Source: a bacterium (GTDB lineage: Bacteria; UBA8248). Taken from it: a stretch of DNA of 64,000 bases. Positions 19,743 through 29,810 of this stretch are shown here, piece after piece. The notes below the pieces were generated by a model. The model was not told the DNA's origin and made no database searches. It saw only the letters and a list, made by a program, of their open reading frames with translations. The translations under genes were made by a program, and so were the position numbers. Every line of letters begins with the position of its first letter. Within the stretch, counting starts at the first letter, position 1. The stretch spans positions 768,001-832,000 of the forward strand of contig CBDCRP010000003.1 of assembly GCA_965221165.1 (NCBI GenBank), read 5' to 3'.

Positions 19743-20255
19743 ATGATGCGCTTAAACATCTGTGCCGACTGCGGGCGGCGTATACGCCTCCGCTACACGC
19801 GCTGCTACTCCTGTCAGATGCGTCGCCGCCGAAGCAAGTGGCGCGACCCGGAGCATCTGGCCGGCCAGGCCGAGCGTGATGCGAAGTTGGGCCGCAACAA
19901 GTTCTTTGTGTACCTGTTGGATACCGACTACGGCCACTATGTGGGACATACCGCCAACGTGCAGGCGAGGTTAAATGCTCACATAGACAACAAAGTCCAA
20001 TCCACCGCCGGTAGTGATCCGAAACTGCTTTGGACGTCCAGTCCCTTCTCTACACGCGAGGATGCCTCAGGATTCGAGGCGGCGCTTAAGTCATTAAGAG
20101 ATCAGTCGGCGGATCGGTTCCAGGAAATCACCGGCCATGAGCCTATCCCGTTCGAGCAGGTTCCGGCGTCTGGCTCTGGATGTGGATTGCAGGGCATCGT
20201 CCTGATTGCAGCCGTTGCCGCTGCGGTGCTGATTATGCTGAAAATTTTCTCGTAG
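19743..20255 (+). CDS. GIY-YIG nuclease-family protein with N-terminal Cys4 zinc ribbon and C-terminal TM helix
   Basis: CADC-x10-CYSC; FVYLL...YVGHT...RLNAH...FEAALK; hydrophobic C-terminal tail. Confidence 0.7.
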   Translation: MMRLNICADCGRRIRLRYTRCYSCQMRRRRSKWRDPEHLAGQAERDAKLGRNKFFVYLLDTDYGHYVGHTANVQARLNAHIDNKVQSTAGSDPKLLWTSSPFSTREDASGFEAALKSLRDQSADRFQEITGHEPIPFEQVPASGSGCGLQGIVLIAAVAAAVLIMLKIFS

Positions 20256-20390
20256 TTTTGACTATGGCAAGGACTCAGCCTTTTCATAGGATTCTGCAGA
20301 GATAGTGAAACGCGAGCGAATTCCGCGAATTGACCCGGAGCGAAAAATAAGGTGAGATAGGCGGGTCGCCACAATTCTCTTGCCTGGAGA

Positions 20391-21629
20391 ATGCCGATGC
20401 CCGATCATCCCGACTCTTTGCCGAGACGCGATTTTATCCGAAAAAGCGCCTTCGCCGGTCTCGGCGCAGGCCTCCTTCCGTTCACGCAGGCTATGGATGC
20501 GGACGCCGCGCAGAACCGGGTTCGCCGCTACGTCAACCTGGGAAAAACGGACATCAAGATGTCGGACATTTCCTTCGGCGGCAGCCGGTTGGGCGCAGGC
20601 GAGGAAGACCTCGTTCTCCACGCCCTCGATTCAGGGATCAACTATTTCGACACCGCCGAGAGCTACAGCTGGGGAGAATCCGAAACCACCATCGGCCGCG
20701 CGCTCAAGGGAAAACGCCAGGAGGTCTACCTCACCTCCAAGACGCATACGAGCTCCACGGACAAAAAGGAGTCGATGATGCGCTCTCTCGAAGCGAGCTT
20801 GAAAAAACTCCAGACCGATTACGTGGACGTCTATTTCAACCACGCGGTGAACGACGTGGAGAGAATGAAAAATCCCGAGTGGGGCGAGTTCGTCGCGCTG
20901 GCGAAAAAACAGGGGAAAATCCGTTATTCCGGCATGTCGGGCCATGCGGGAAACCTGATCGAGTGCCTTAACTACTGTGTTGATAAGGACGCCGTGGACG
21001 TATTCCTGGTGGCGTACAACTTCGGCCAGGACCCGGCCTTCTACCAGAGATTCACGCGCGGTTTCGATTTCATCGCCAGATTCCCGAAACTGCCCGGGGT
21101 CCTCGCAAGGGCGAAGGCCAAGGGCATCGGCGTCGTCGCCATGAAAACGCTGATGGGCGCGCGCTTGAACGACATGCGGCCCTATGAGAAGGGGGGCGCC
21201 ACCTATTCGCAGGCCGCTTTCCGCTGGGTGCTCTCGAATCCCAACGTGGATTCCCTCATCATCTCGATGACGAGCAAGGAGAACATCACCGAGTTCGTGG
21301 GCGGCTCGGGCTGGAAGAAGATATCGCGCCGCGAGGTGCCGATTCTCCAAAAATACGCGCGGCTCAACGGAGCGTCCTACTGCCGCCATGCGTGCAACGA
21401 CTGCGAGGGCGCTTGTCCGGAAAATGTCCCCATCGCGGACGTGCTCCGCACCCGCATGTATGCGACCGACTATGAGGACGTGCGATTCGCAAGGGCCGAG
21501 TACTCCCTGCTGGGCGCGGGCGCATCGGCATGTCTCACCTGCACACACCAAAGCTGCGCCGGCTCTTGTACGCACGGGCTGCCCATCGAGAAGATGACCG
21601 CGCCGACCCACGAACTGCTCACGGTGTAG
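20391..21629 (+). CDS. Tat-exported aldo/keto reductase with C-terminal Fe-S domain
   Basis: PRRDFI Tat motif; GINYFDTAESY, SLKKLQTDYVD; C-terminal CRHACNDCEGACP and CLTC..SC..SC. Confidence 0.88.
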   Translation: MPMPDHPDSLPRRDFIRKSAFAGLGAGLLPFTQAMDADAAQNRVRRYVNLGKTDIKMSDISFGGSRLGAGEEDLVLHALDSGINYFDTAESYSWGESETTIGRALKGKRQEVYLTSKTHTSSTDKKESMMRSLEASLKKLQTDYVDVYFNHAVNDVERMKNPEWGEFVALAKKQGKIRYSGMSGHAGNLIECLNYCVDKDAVDVFLVAYNFGQDPAFYQRFTRGFDFIARFPKLPGVLARAKAKGIGVVAMKTLMGARLNDMRPYEKGGATYSQAAFRWVLSNPNVDSLIISMTSKENITEFVGGSGWKKISRREVPILQKYARLNGASYCRHACNDCEGACPENVPIADVLRTRMYATDYEDVRFARAEYSLLGAGASACLTCTHQSCAGSCTHGLPIEKMTAPTHELLTV

Positions 21630-21678
21630 GCCGAAGACCTCCTCCGGATCGCGTTAGACGATCAAGGCCCCACTGCGC

Positions 21679-22617
21679 ATGGCCGCCTTATCCGTTCATG
21701 GGAGAAGCCCCATCGACATCGCCATCACGGGCGCGAACGGCGCCGTCGGCAAAGCGCTCATCGAACGCCTCGGGGCGGATTCGGCCATTGAGCCTGCGCG
21801 CCTGCGGGCGCTTGTCCGGGATATGGGGCGAAGCGAGAACCTGCGCGATCTCCCCGCCGAAGTGATGGAAGTAGACTACGACGACGCGGAAAGCCTAAGC
21901 CGTGCCGTGGAAGGTGCTGACTGCGTGGCGCATCTGGCGGGTTCGCTGGTTCCGAGAGCGGGTGATTCCCTCCTTCAGGCGAATCTGCTCACCACGAAAA
22001 ACATCGTGGATGCGAGCATCCCCCGCGGCGTGAAATCCTTCGTGTACTTGAGTTTCCCGGGCGCGGATTCTGAGTCTGAAAACGAGTATTTGCGAACGAA
22101 AGGCCAGGCGGAGGATTTGATTGAAGAGAATTTCGGGTCGGGCGCCATTTTTCGCGTGCCCATGATACTGGGGCCCGACACACAGGCCACGAACCAGATA
22201 AGAAGACTGCTCGCCTCCTCGGTAGTCCCTCTCGTGGCGGGAGGCGCGGTTCGGGTCCAGCCGATATACCTGGGCGACGTTTTGAGCGCGATCGAATGGA
22301 CGATCCTTCATCCCGAGGCGCCGCTTACGCGTATGAACCTCGTGGGGCCGGACACCCTGCTCTACCGCGAACTGCTCATGCGCGCCGGGCAAAGGCTCGG
22401 GAAACGGCCCCGCATCCTGACGATCCCGAGGGGACTGGCACGCGCCGCGTCGAGCATCATCAGCCTGCTCTCGCCCTCTTCTCCCATGAGCCGCACCGTA
22501 TTCGACATTATATTCTATGAGCATCTGTGTTGGGATGCGGAAGCCCGAAGCGCCATGCCCATCTCATGCACCGGAGTCGATGAAACTTTGGACCTCTCGC
22601 TGCCGCGTCACGAATAG
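21679..22617 (+). CDS. Atypical SDR / NDUFA9-like NAD-dependent epimerase
   Basis: ITGANGAVG, YLRTKGQAE, QPIYLGDV. Confidence 0.85.
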   Translation: MAALSVHGRSPIDIAITGANGAVGKALIERLGADSAIEPARLRALVRDMGRSENLRDLPAEVMEVDYDDAESLSRAVEGADCVAHLAGSLVPRAGDSLLQANLLTTKNIVDASIPRGVKSFVYLSFPGADSESENEYLRTKGQAEDLIEENFGSGAIFRVPMILGPDTQATNQIRRLLASSVVPLVAGGAVRVQPIYLGDVLSAIEWTILHPEAPLTRMNLVGPDTLLYRELLMRAGQRLGKRPRILTIPRGLARAASSIISLLSPSSPMSRTVFDIIFYEHLCWDAEARSAMPISCTGVDETLDLSLPRHE

Positions 22618-22643
22618 CCTCTGCGCATTCAAGGAGTTTCGCT

Positions 22644-23600
22644 TTGGAACAAGACACGAGCCCGCATCCATCAGGCAAGGGCAGACAACTCATCCCCATC
22701 GGGCTGACGGTGGTGATATTCCTCATCATCTTCTGGCGAATCCCCTTTCACGAGTTCGTACTCGCCATTTCGAAGGCGAGGCTCGCCCTCTTCCTCGTGC
22801 TGATGGCGTGTTTTTCGATCTGTTTTTTCCTGATGGATACCTTCGTCCTGAGCAAGATGATCCGCTGGTTCCACGGCCCGCTGACGTTCCCGACGCTGCT
22901 GCCCGTGCGCGCCGTCACCTACGTCGTCTCCATCATCAACACCCAACTCGCCCAGGTGGCGCTGGCGCTTTATTTTCACCGCAGGTTCCAGACTCCGCTC
23001 GCCGAGATCACGAGCACCGTCGCCATGCTCATCCTGCTCGAAGTCACGAACCTGATCTCGTTCGCCACGGTCGGCGTCATCGCCTTTCCCGGCGGAGCGC
23101 CCCTCGTTCTCATCATTCTGCCCTTGGGGCTCGCGTGCTTCTGGCTCCTCATCACCCGGGTGGCGCGCGGGGGACTCGGCGTCATCGGCCAAAAAATCGG
23201 GAGCCACACCCTGCTCAACACTTTCAGGGCCATCCGCTTCAGGCAGGGTCTCCTGGTCCTCGCGCTCAAGGGCTCCGTTTTTCTGCTCTCCTTGTTCGTG
23301 CACAAATACGCCCTGACCCTCTTCGGGATGGACATACCGCTGTTGCGGCTTCTGACGTTCCTGCCGCTCGTTTTCATGATAGGCGCCCTGCCGGTGACGG
23401 TGGCGCACCTGGGCACGTCCCAGGCCGCGTGGATATTCTTCTTCAAGGACTATGCGCCCGAGGCGGACCTGCTCGCCTACAGCCTCGTCTCCCACCTGAC
23501 CTTCATGCTGGCGAACGGGACCATCGGCTTGTTGTTCATGCCGAAAGCGTATGCGGATTTATTCGGAAAAAAGAAGCAGATCACCTACAGGCGTCGATGA
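22644..23600 (+). CDS. LPG-synthase TM / flippase-like membrane protein
   Basis: About 8 TM helices; LPVTVAHLGTSQAAW resembles the LPG_synthase_TM motif. Confidence 0.7.
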   Translation: MEQDTSPHPSGKGRQLIPIGLTVVIFLIIFWRIPFHEFVLAISKARLALFLVLMACFSICFFLMDTFVLSKMIRWFHGPLTFPTLLPVRAVTYVVSIINTQLAQVALALYFHRRFQTPLAEITSTVAMLILLEVTNLISFATVGVIAFPGGAPLVLIILPLGLACFWLLITRVARGGLGVIGQKIGSHTLLNTFRAIRFRQGLLVLALKGSVFLLSLFVHKYALTLFGMDIPLLRLLTFLPLVFMIGALPVTVAHLGTSQAAWIFFFKDYAPEADLLAYSLVSHLTFMLANGTIGLLFMPKAYADLFGKKKQITYRRR

Positions 23601-24163
23601 GGCAAGAGGCCGTTTCGGATGAGTAAATATAAAGCGTAGAGAAAAACCAGGCGACCGAGCCAGAGGAGGACAGGCTTCAGCCAGTCCCACGAAAAGCTAA
23701 TCTCGAAGACGACTCCACCCACCAAGGCGTAAAAAAACACCCCCGCCCACTTGCCCGCCACATCCTCGGGCAACGAATCGCCCGCGCTCCCGGCCCCGTC
23801 CCGGCAGCGCCACAGGAACTGCGCGCCCAGCGCCAATACGCCCAGGGGCGCCCAGGGGCCGATGCGCCCCGCCCATGCGGCGACCGAGAGCGCCGCCGCG
23901 TTGAAGGCGACATCGGAAAAAGCATCCACCCCTCCCCAGAAATAACTCTTAGCGCCCGCGCGCCTCGCCAGTGGGCCGTCAGCCAAGTCGCTCAAGACCG
24001 CGTAGGCGTAAACGGCGATGAGCAAAATCCGCCACCTGAGGTCGGGAGTGGACTCCAGGCGGAAGAAAACCCATAAGAAGACAGGAATCGCCAGTATACG
24101 GGCGAGTGTGAGGCCTCTTGCCAGGCACGCGAGTTTCGGCTGAGTGAAGCTTCCCTCCGTCAT
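23585..24163 (-). CDS. CDP-alcohol phosphatidyltransferase family protein
   Basis: LTLARI, DLADGPLARR...G..DAFSD signature. Confidence 0.85.
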   Translation of the reverse strand: MTEGSFTQPKLACLARGLTLARILAIPVFLWVFFRLESTPDLRWRILLIAVYAYAVLSDLADGPLARRAGAKSYFWGGVDAFSDVAFNAAALSVAAWAGRIGPWAPLGVLALGAQFLWRCRDGAGSAGDSLPEDVAGKWAGVFFYALVGGVVFEISFSWDWLKPVLLWLGRLVFLYALYLLIRNGLLPHRRL

Positions 24164-24226
24164 CCGGCCTCCTCCCAAGCCTCAATCCGCGCGAAAACGT
24201 GATAAATCGGGATCACCCTGCCTCAA

Positions 24227-24256
24227 TTGACACACCCGCCGCAAAGTTCTAGTAAT
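24227..24256 (+). promoter_or_regulatory. Possible sigma70 promoter for the Mo-enzyme operon
   Basis: TTGACA at 24227-24232, then 17 nt to TAGTAA(T); weak -10. Confidence 0.4.
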
Positions 24257-24307
24257 GGACTAAGCCAAATGATTAGAAACACGTTTCACCACAAGTGAGG
24301 ATTCTTC

Positions 24308-25828
24308 ATGACCAAGTATGCAATGGCGATTGATCTCGAATCCTGCATAGGATGTCATGCTTGCACAATCGCGTGTAAATCTGAACACGATATTCCCATC
24401 GGCGTCTGGCGATGCTGGGTGAAGGAAGTCGAGAAAGGCTCCTTTCCGAGCACCAGAAGGGAATTTCTGCCTGTCCTGTGCAACCAATGCGACGACGCGC
24501 CGTGTCAGAACATTTGCCCGACGAAGGCGCTCTTCAGGCGCAGCGACGGAATCGTGGACCTCGACCCGGACTGGTGCATCGGGTGTAAATCCTGTATCGC
24601 CGCCTGTCCGTATGATCAGCTCTTCATCGATCCGAACACGATGACGGCGGAGAAATGCAATTTCTGCGCGAACCGCCTCGAAGCGGGCCTGGAACCCGCC
24701 TGCGTGGTGGTCTGCCCCACGCAATGCCGCGTGTTCGGCGACGTGGAAGACGCGGATTCGAAGATTTCCAGGCTCACCACGCAGCGCCCCTACCAGGTGA
24801 GAAAGCCCGAATACAACACGGCGCCCAACATCTATTATCTCGAGGGCAGCCGCCAACTCCTGGATCCCACCGAAGCGGGCCAGTCGGGCATCTACAAGCA
24901 GGGCGAGATGGACATGGAAAGAGAAGACGTCGTACCCGAGTGGGAGAACAAGCCAGGCGATAGCCGCACCGTTTACGACACCTTCCACGAGGTTCCCTGG
25001 GAGACGAAAATCATCACCTATCTGCTGACCAAGGGCGCGAGCACGGGTCTTTTGGTCATCAGCCTGTTTCTGTGGGCGTTCGGCTTCAAAAGTTCGCTGT
25101 TCTCCTTCTGGATGCCCGCGCTGAGCGGAATCCTTCTGGCCGCCACGGGAGCGGTGCTCGTCACCGACCTCAAGCGGCCCGAGCGGTTCTACTACATCAT
25201 GCTGCGCTCGAACTGGGGCAGTTGGATGGCGTGGGGCACGTGGTTCATCGCGCTCGACGGCGCCCTCACCCTCCTCTGGATGCTGGGCGCCATGTTCGGC
25301 GCGACGGGTTTCATGGGCCTCATTCTCTGGCCCACCATCGTCATGGGCGTGCTCTCCTCGATATACACCGGCTTTTTCTTCGCCCAGGCCTCGGCGCGCG
25401 ACCTGTGGAAAGGAAGCGAGAACACTCTCGACATCGGCGTGCAATCGGGCCTGAAGGGCGTTGCGATCCTGCTTCTCTTCGCCACGCTCTTCCCCATCGA
25501 GGATCAGGCGTCCGTCCTGAACGTCCTGGGCGGGCTGCTCGCCGTCCTCATATTGCTGCACCTGAGCATCCTGGTGTTCTCGATTCTCGTGCATCGCTTC
25601 GGCTCCGTCGCGCACGAGCGGGCGATTCACCTGCTGACGAACGGACCGTTCAAGAACGATTTCTGGGGAGGCGCCGTGGTCGTGGGTTGCCTCGTTCCCC
25701 TGCTCCTTTTGTGGGCGGGCGGTTTCGGCGGCTTCGGCGCGGTGCTGGCCGGCATCATGGCCATGGCGGGCGCCTATCTTTGGGACAAAATCTGGGTGAA
25801 GGCCGGACAGGCCGTTCCCCTTTCGTAA
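24308..25828 (+). CDS. Fusion of 4x[4Fe-4S] ferredoxin (NrfC/PsrB-like) and NrfD/PsrC-type membrane anchor
   Basis: CIGCHACTIAC, CNQCDDAPC..ICP, CIGCKSCIAACPY, KCNFC..PACVVVCP; then DLKRPERF...SWMAWG and about 8 TMs. Confidence 0.92.
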   Translation: MTKYAMAIDLESCIGCHACTIACKSEHDIPIGVWRCWVKEVEKGSFPSTRREFLPVLCNQCDDAPCQNICPTKALFRRSDGIVDLDPDWCIGCKSCIAACPYDQLFIDPNTMTAEKCNFCANRLEAGLEPACVVVCPTQCRVFGDVEDADSKISRLTTQRPYQVRKPEYNTAPNIYYLEGSRQLLDPTEAGQSGIYKQGEMDMEREDVVPEWENKPGDSRTVYDTFHEVPWETKIITYLLTKGASTGLLVISLFLWAFGFKSSLFSFWMPALSGILLAATGAVLVTDLKRPERFYYIMLRSNWGSWMAWGTWFIALDGALTLLWMLGAMFGATGFMGLILWPTIVMGVLSSIYTGFFFAQASARDLWKGSENTLDIGVQSGLKGVAILLLFATLFPIEDQASVLNVLGGLLAVLILLHLSILVFSILVHRFGSVAHERAIHLLTNGPFKNDFWGGAVVVGCLVPLLLLWAGGFGGFGAVLAGIMAMAGAYLWDKIWVKAGQAVPLS

Positions 25829-25846
25829 TCCGGGAGTTTCAAGAAC

Positions 25847-28723
25847 ATGAGCACAAGCCATCTTCAAGCCGGCAAGGGCGCGCGAGACATCGCTTCTTTA
25901 GGCCGTCCCGACCTGCTGGCCAAAGCCCCGCCCGCAGCCCCGGCGGGCCAACTCAACTACACGAACACGAACGGCGCTCTCACCTCCTACCCGAGTCCCG
26001 ACAAATGGGACAACTGGACGGAATACGAAAGCACCAAGTGGCCGCAGAAAGTAGCGAGAAACTACGCGCTGGTTCCGACGCTTTGCTTCAACTGCGAGGC
26101 GGGATGCGGACTTCTGGCCTACGTCGACAAAGACGACATGAAGATCAGAAAAATCGAGGGGAATCCCCTCCACCCCGCCTCGCGCGGGCGCAACTGCGCC
26201 AAGGGATGGGTGACGCTCAACCAGGTGTACGACCCCGACCGCATCTTCTATCCCCTGAAGCGCGTGGGCGAGCGCGGCGAGGGCAAGTGGGAGCGCGTGA
26301 GCTGGGACGAGGCGCTCGACGACATCGCCGGGCGTATTCGCGAGGCGATTCAGGCGGAGCGGCGAAACGGCGTCATCTATCACGTGGGACGCCCCGGCGA
26401 GGACGGCTACATGTTCAAGACGCTCGCCGGCTGGGGCGTGGACGGCCACAACAGCCACACCAACGTGTGCAGTTCCTCGGCCCGCATCGGCCAGTTCCTC
26501 TGGAACGGATCGGACAGGCCTTCGCCCGATTTCACCAACGCCGACGCCATTTTGCTGATCAGCAGCCACCTCGACACGGGCCACTACTACAACCCCTCGG
26601 CCCAGCGCATCATCGAGGCGCAAACCAGCGGGGCGAAGCTCATCGTCATAGACCCCAGGCTCTCCAACACGGCGGCGAAGGCCGACTACTGGCTGCCCGC
26701 CTACAGCGGAACCGAGAGCGCAATCCTGCTCGCCATCGCGCGCTATCTGCTGGATACCGGGCAGTTCGACGCGCAGTTCGTCGAGGAGTGGATGAACTGG
26801 ACCGAATATATGCGGACCGTTCACCCTGATGAAGAGGCGAGCTTCGATAACTTCATCGAGAAACTGAAACAAGAATACGCGGAGTTCACCTTCGAGTACG
26901 CGGCGGAGGAGACGGGCGTATCCATCGACTTGATCGCCGAAGTCGCCCAGGTCGTCGCCCGCGCCGGGAGCCGCCTTTGCATCCACGTCTGGCGCGCGGC
27001 CGCCACCGGCAACCTGCACGGCTGGCAGGTGGCGCGGTGTCTGCACTTCCTGCCTTCGCTGACGGGCGCGGTGGGCACGGTAGGCGGAACCCACCTGGCG
27101 AGCACGCACAAATTCGTGCCCAAACACCCCAACCCCGCTCCGGGGCCCAAGGACTGGAACGAACTCCTCTTCCCCCGGGAATACCCCCTCGCCTTTTTCG
27201 AGATGAGTTTCCTGATGCCCCATCTCGTGAAGGACAAGGGCCACAGCGTCGACGTCTACTTCACGCGGGTCTACAACCCGGTGTGGACGAACCCCGACGG
27301 CTTCATGTGGGTGGAGATGCTCAAGGACCACGACAAGATAGGCTGCCACGTGGCGCTCACCCCCACCTGGAGCGAAACGGCGTGGTTCGCGGACTACATT
27401 CTGCCCATGGGCAACGCCACGGAACGCCACGACAACCAGAGCCAGGAGACGCACCCCACGAAATGGGTGGGCTTCCGCCAGCCCGTCCTGCGGGCGCTGC
27501 GCGAGAGGATGGGCGAGACGTTCGAGAGCTCGCGCGAGACGAACCCCGGCGAGGTGTGGGAAGAAGACGAGCTCCACATCGAACTCTCCTGGCGCATCGA
27601 CCCCGACGGCTCGCTCGGCATCCGGCAGTATTTCGAGAGTCCCTACAGGCCGGGCGAGAAGATCACGGTGAACGAATACTACCAGTGGATGTTCGAAAAC
27701 GGCGTTCCGGGATTGCCCGAAGCCGCCGAGAAAGAAGGCTTGACGCCGCTGGAATACATGCGCAAATACGGCGTCTTCACCGTGCAGGAAAACGTGTACG
27801 AACCCCACATGCACGAGCTACCGGATGAGGCGATGCACGACGCCCACGTGGATGAGACGACGGGCTCGGTCTGGAAAGACGGCGCGCTCATCGGCAACAT
27901 GAGCCGGGGCAAGGCGAGGGAGGGCTTCCACACGCCTTCAAAGAAACTCGAGTTCTACAGCCCGACCATGGCGGCCTGGAACTGGGGCGATGAGGCGATA
28001 CCCAAATACATGAAGACCCACGTCTACTGGCGCGACATGGAAAAAGGCAACAACGAGTTCGACCTGCTGCCGAACTATCGCCTGGCCACTCTCATCCACA
28101 CGCGCTCGGCCGTGAAGTGGCTCTACGAGATCACCCACAACAACCCGCTCTGGATACACACCGACGACGCCGCGCGTCTCGGATTGAGCACGGGCGACCT
28201 CACGAAAATAGAGACCGAGATAGGCCATTTCGTCACCAGATGCTGGGTGACGGAGGGCTTGAGGCCCGGCATCGTCGCCATGGCGCACCACCTGGGCCGC
28301 TGGCGCCTGAGCGAGAATCAGGGTGCGCCCAAGATCGCTTCCGCCGTCGTGCGTCTCGATGAGAAGGGTGACGGGGAGTACACCATGCGCCAGGTGCACG
28401 GCGTCCAGCCCTTCAAGAGCGACGACCCGGACACGGAGCGCATCTGGTGGCGCGAGGTGGGCGTGAACCAGAACCTCACCTTCCCGGTCAACCCCGATCC
28501 GGTGAGCGGAATGCACTGCTGGCACCAGAAGGTGCGGGTCACGAAAGCGGGGGCGGCGGATCGCTACGGCGACATCAGCGTCGATACGAAGAAGAGTTTC
28601 GAGCACTACAAGCAATGGCTCGAGATGACGAAGCCCGCACCCGGCCCCGACAACCTCAGGCGCCCGCTGTGGTTCGCCCGGCCCAACAAGCCCCAGGCCG
28701 AGGCCTACACCATCTCCGAATGA
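25847..28723 (+). CDS. Mo-bis-PGD oxidoreductase catalytic subunit (Psr/Ttr/Soe-like group), no Tat signal
   Basis: CFNCEAGC...CAKG FS0 motif, HNSHTNVC (putative Cys ligand), DPRLSNTA, ADYILP. Confidence 0.93.
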   Translation: MSTSHLQAGKGARDIASLGRPDLLAKAPPAAPAGQLNYTNTNGALTSYPSPDKWDNWTEYESTKWPQKVARNYALVPTLCFNCEAGCGLLAYVDKDDMKIRKIEGNPLHPASRGRNCAKGWVTLNQVYDPDRIFYPLKRVGERGEGKWERVSWDEALDDIAGRIREAIQAERRNGVIYHVGRPGEDGYMFKTLAGWGVDGHNSHTNVCSSSARIGQFLWNGSDRPSPDFTNADAILLISSHLDTGHYYNPSAQRIIEAQTSGAKLIVIDPRLSNTAAKADYWLPAYSGTESAILLAIARYLLDTGQFDAQFVEEWMNWTEYMRTVHPDEEASFDNFIEKLKQEYAEFTFEYAAEETGVSIDLIAEVAQVVARAGSRLCIHVWRAAATGNLHGWQVARCLHFLPSLTGAVGTVGGTHLASTHKFVPKHPNPAPGPKDWNELLFPREYPLAFFEMSFLMPHLVKDKGHSVDVYFTRVYNPVWTNPDGFMWVEMLKDHDKIGCHVALTPTWSETAWFADYILPMGNATERHDNQSQETHPTKWVGFRQPVLRALRERMGETFESSRETNPGEVWEEDELHIELSWRIDPDGSLGIRQYFESPYRPGEKITVNEYYQWMFENGVPGLPEAAEKEGLTPLEYMRKYGVFTVQENVYEPHMHELPDEAMHDAHVDETTGSVWKDGALIGNMSRGKAREGFHTPSKKLEFYSPTMAAWNWGDEAIPKYMKTHVYWRDMEKGNNEFDLLPNYRLATLIHTRSAVKWLYEITHNNPLWIHTDDAARLGLSTGDLTKIETEIGHFVTRCWVTEGLRPGIVAMAHHLGRWRLSENQGAPKIASAVVRLDEKGDGEYTMRQVHGVQPFKSDDPDTERIWWREVGVNQNLTFPVNPDPVSGMHCWHQKVRVTKAGAADRYGDISVDTKKSFEHYKQWLEMTKPAPGPDNLRRPLWFARPNKPQAEAYTISE

Positions 28724-29358
28724 GTCTTTCCTGGAAGCGTCGCGCATCGAACACGGAATACGCCGAGCAGGCGAGGCTCCGCGCCGAGCTCTACCGGGTT
28801 CAGGCCCGGGCGATGCTCGACCCGCTCGACTCGGAACTCGCGGCGTTCCTACAAGAGAACTACCCGTTCCTGTTCCCGGAAAAATTCGAGGTCACGGAAG
28901 AATCCCTCCAAAAACTCCGGGTCGATTTCACGAACCTGTTCGTGCTCTCCTCCCCTCCCTACGAAGCCGCCCTCATGGATGAAAGCGGACACCTGAATTC
29001 CAAGGCCACGGATGCGGTGGCCGATTTCTACCGGGCCTGCGGCTACAACCCCGGACGGGGCAGCGCCGGTCTCGCCCACCCCAGCGTCCTGGCGATGGAT
29101 CACTTGAGCGTGGAACTGGAATTCCTGGCCCGGCTCGCCACCGAAGAAGCGGACGCCTGGGAGGAAGGAAACGCCGACTTGGCGCGGGAGAAACTATCTT
29201 TAAGCGCGCGCTTCATGGACGAGCACTTCATGCGCTGGATGCCCGTCTACACGTCGAGCATGGAAGAGGACGCGGAAACGCATCTGTACCGCGAACTCGC
29301 CAAATGGATACGGGAATTCGCCTTCTCGGACAGAAAATACATCGTCAAAGCGCTCTAG
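28720..29358 (+). CDS. TorD/DmsD-family maturation chaperone
   Basis: ATGA overlap with the Mo subunit; PPYEA, DHLSVELEFL, FMDEHFMRW. Confidence 0.9.
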   Translation: MSLSWKRRASNTEYAEQARLRAELYRVQARAMLDPLDSELAAFLQENYPFLFPEKFEVTEESLQKLRVDFTNLFVLSSPPYEAALMDESGHLNSKATDAVADFYRACGYNPGRGSAGLAHPSVLAMDHLSVELEFLARLATEEADAWEEGNADLAREKLSLSARFMDEHFMRWMPVYTSSMEEDAETHLYRELAKWIREFAFSDRKYIVKAL

Positions 29359-29417
29359 TCGCATGGGCGGCGATTATTTCTCAATGATTCGGATTTTCTT
29401 CTCAACGCTTGTGACGA

Positions 29418-29810
29418 CTAGGAAGCATCCTCGTTCATGGCGCGCGCCCATTTCCGGGCTTGCGAGAGGTGGCGTCTGAGCGCGCGCGTTTTCCGGGACC
29501 AATCGCGCCACGCGGCCTTGGACGGCGGGCACGCCTTCGCCCAGGCGCGGTACCGGGCAAGGTTCTCCCCCGCAACCTCATCGATGCGCCCGAGCAGTTC
29601 CTGAACCCGGCCGTCCGAACCCGCCTCGCGAAAAAGATTTTCCAGCATTCTGGCGCGGTTCTGAACGCCCGCGCGCAGCCCCATCTCCAAGGCCAGGCCG
29701 CGAATGCGGCTTCGTGTGAGGAATATGCCCGAGCGGGCGGGCGTTACGAGAAAAGCGGACAACTCGTGCAGGTTCCCGCCCTCGAATGTTCGTGTGATGT
29801 CGGAACTCAT
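29418..29810 (-). CDS. Hypothetical basic helical protein (130 aa)
   Basis: ORF fills the gap convergent with torD; no motif recognised. Confidence 0.6.
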   Translation of the reverse strand: MSSDITRTFEGGNLHELSAFLVTPARSGIFLTRSRIRGLALEMGLRAGVQNRARMLENLFREAGSDGRVQELLGRIDEVAGENLARYRAWAKACPPSKAAWRDWSRKTRALRRHLSQARKWARAMNEDAS

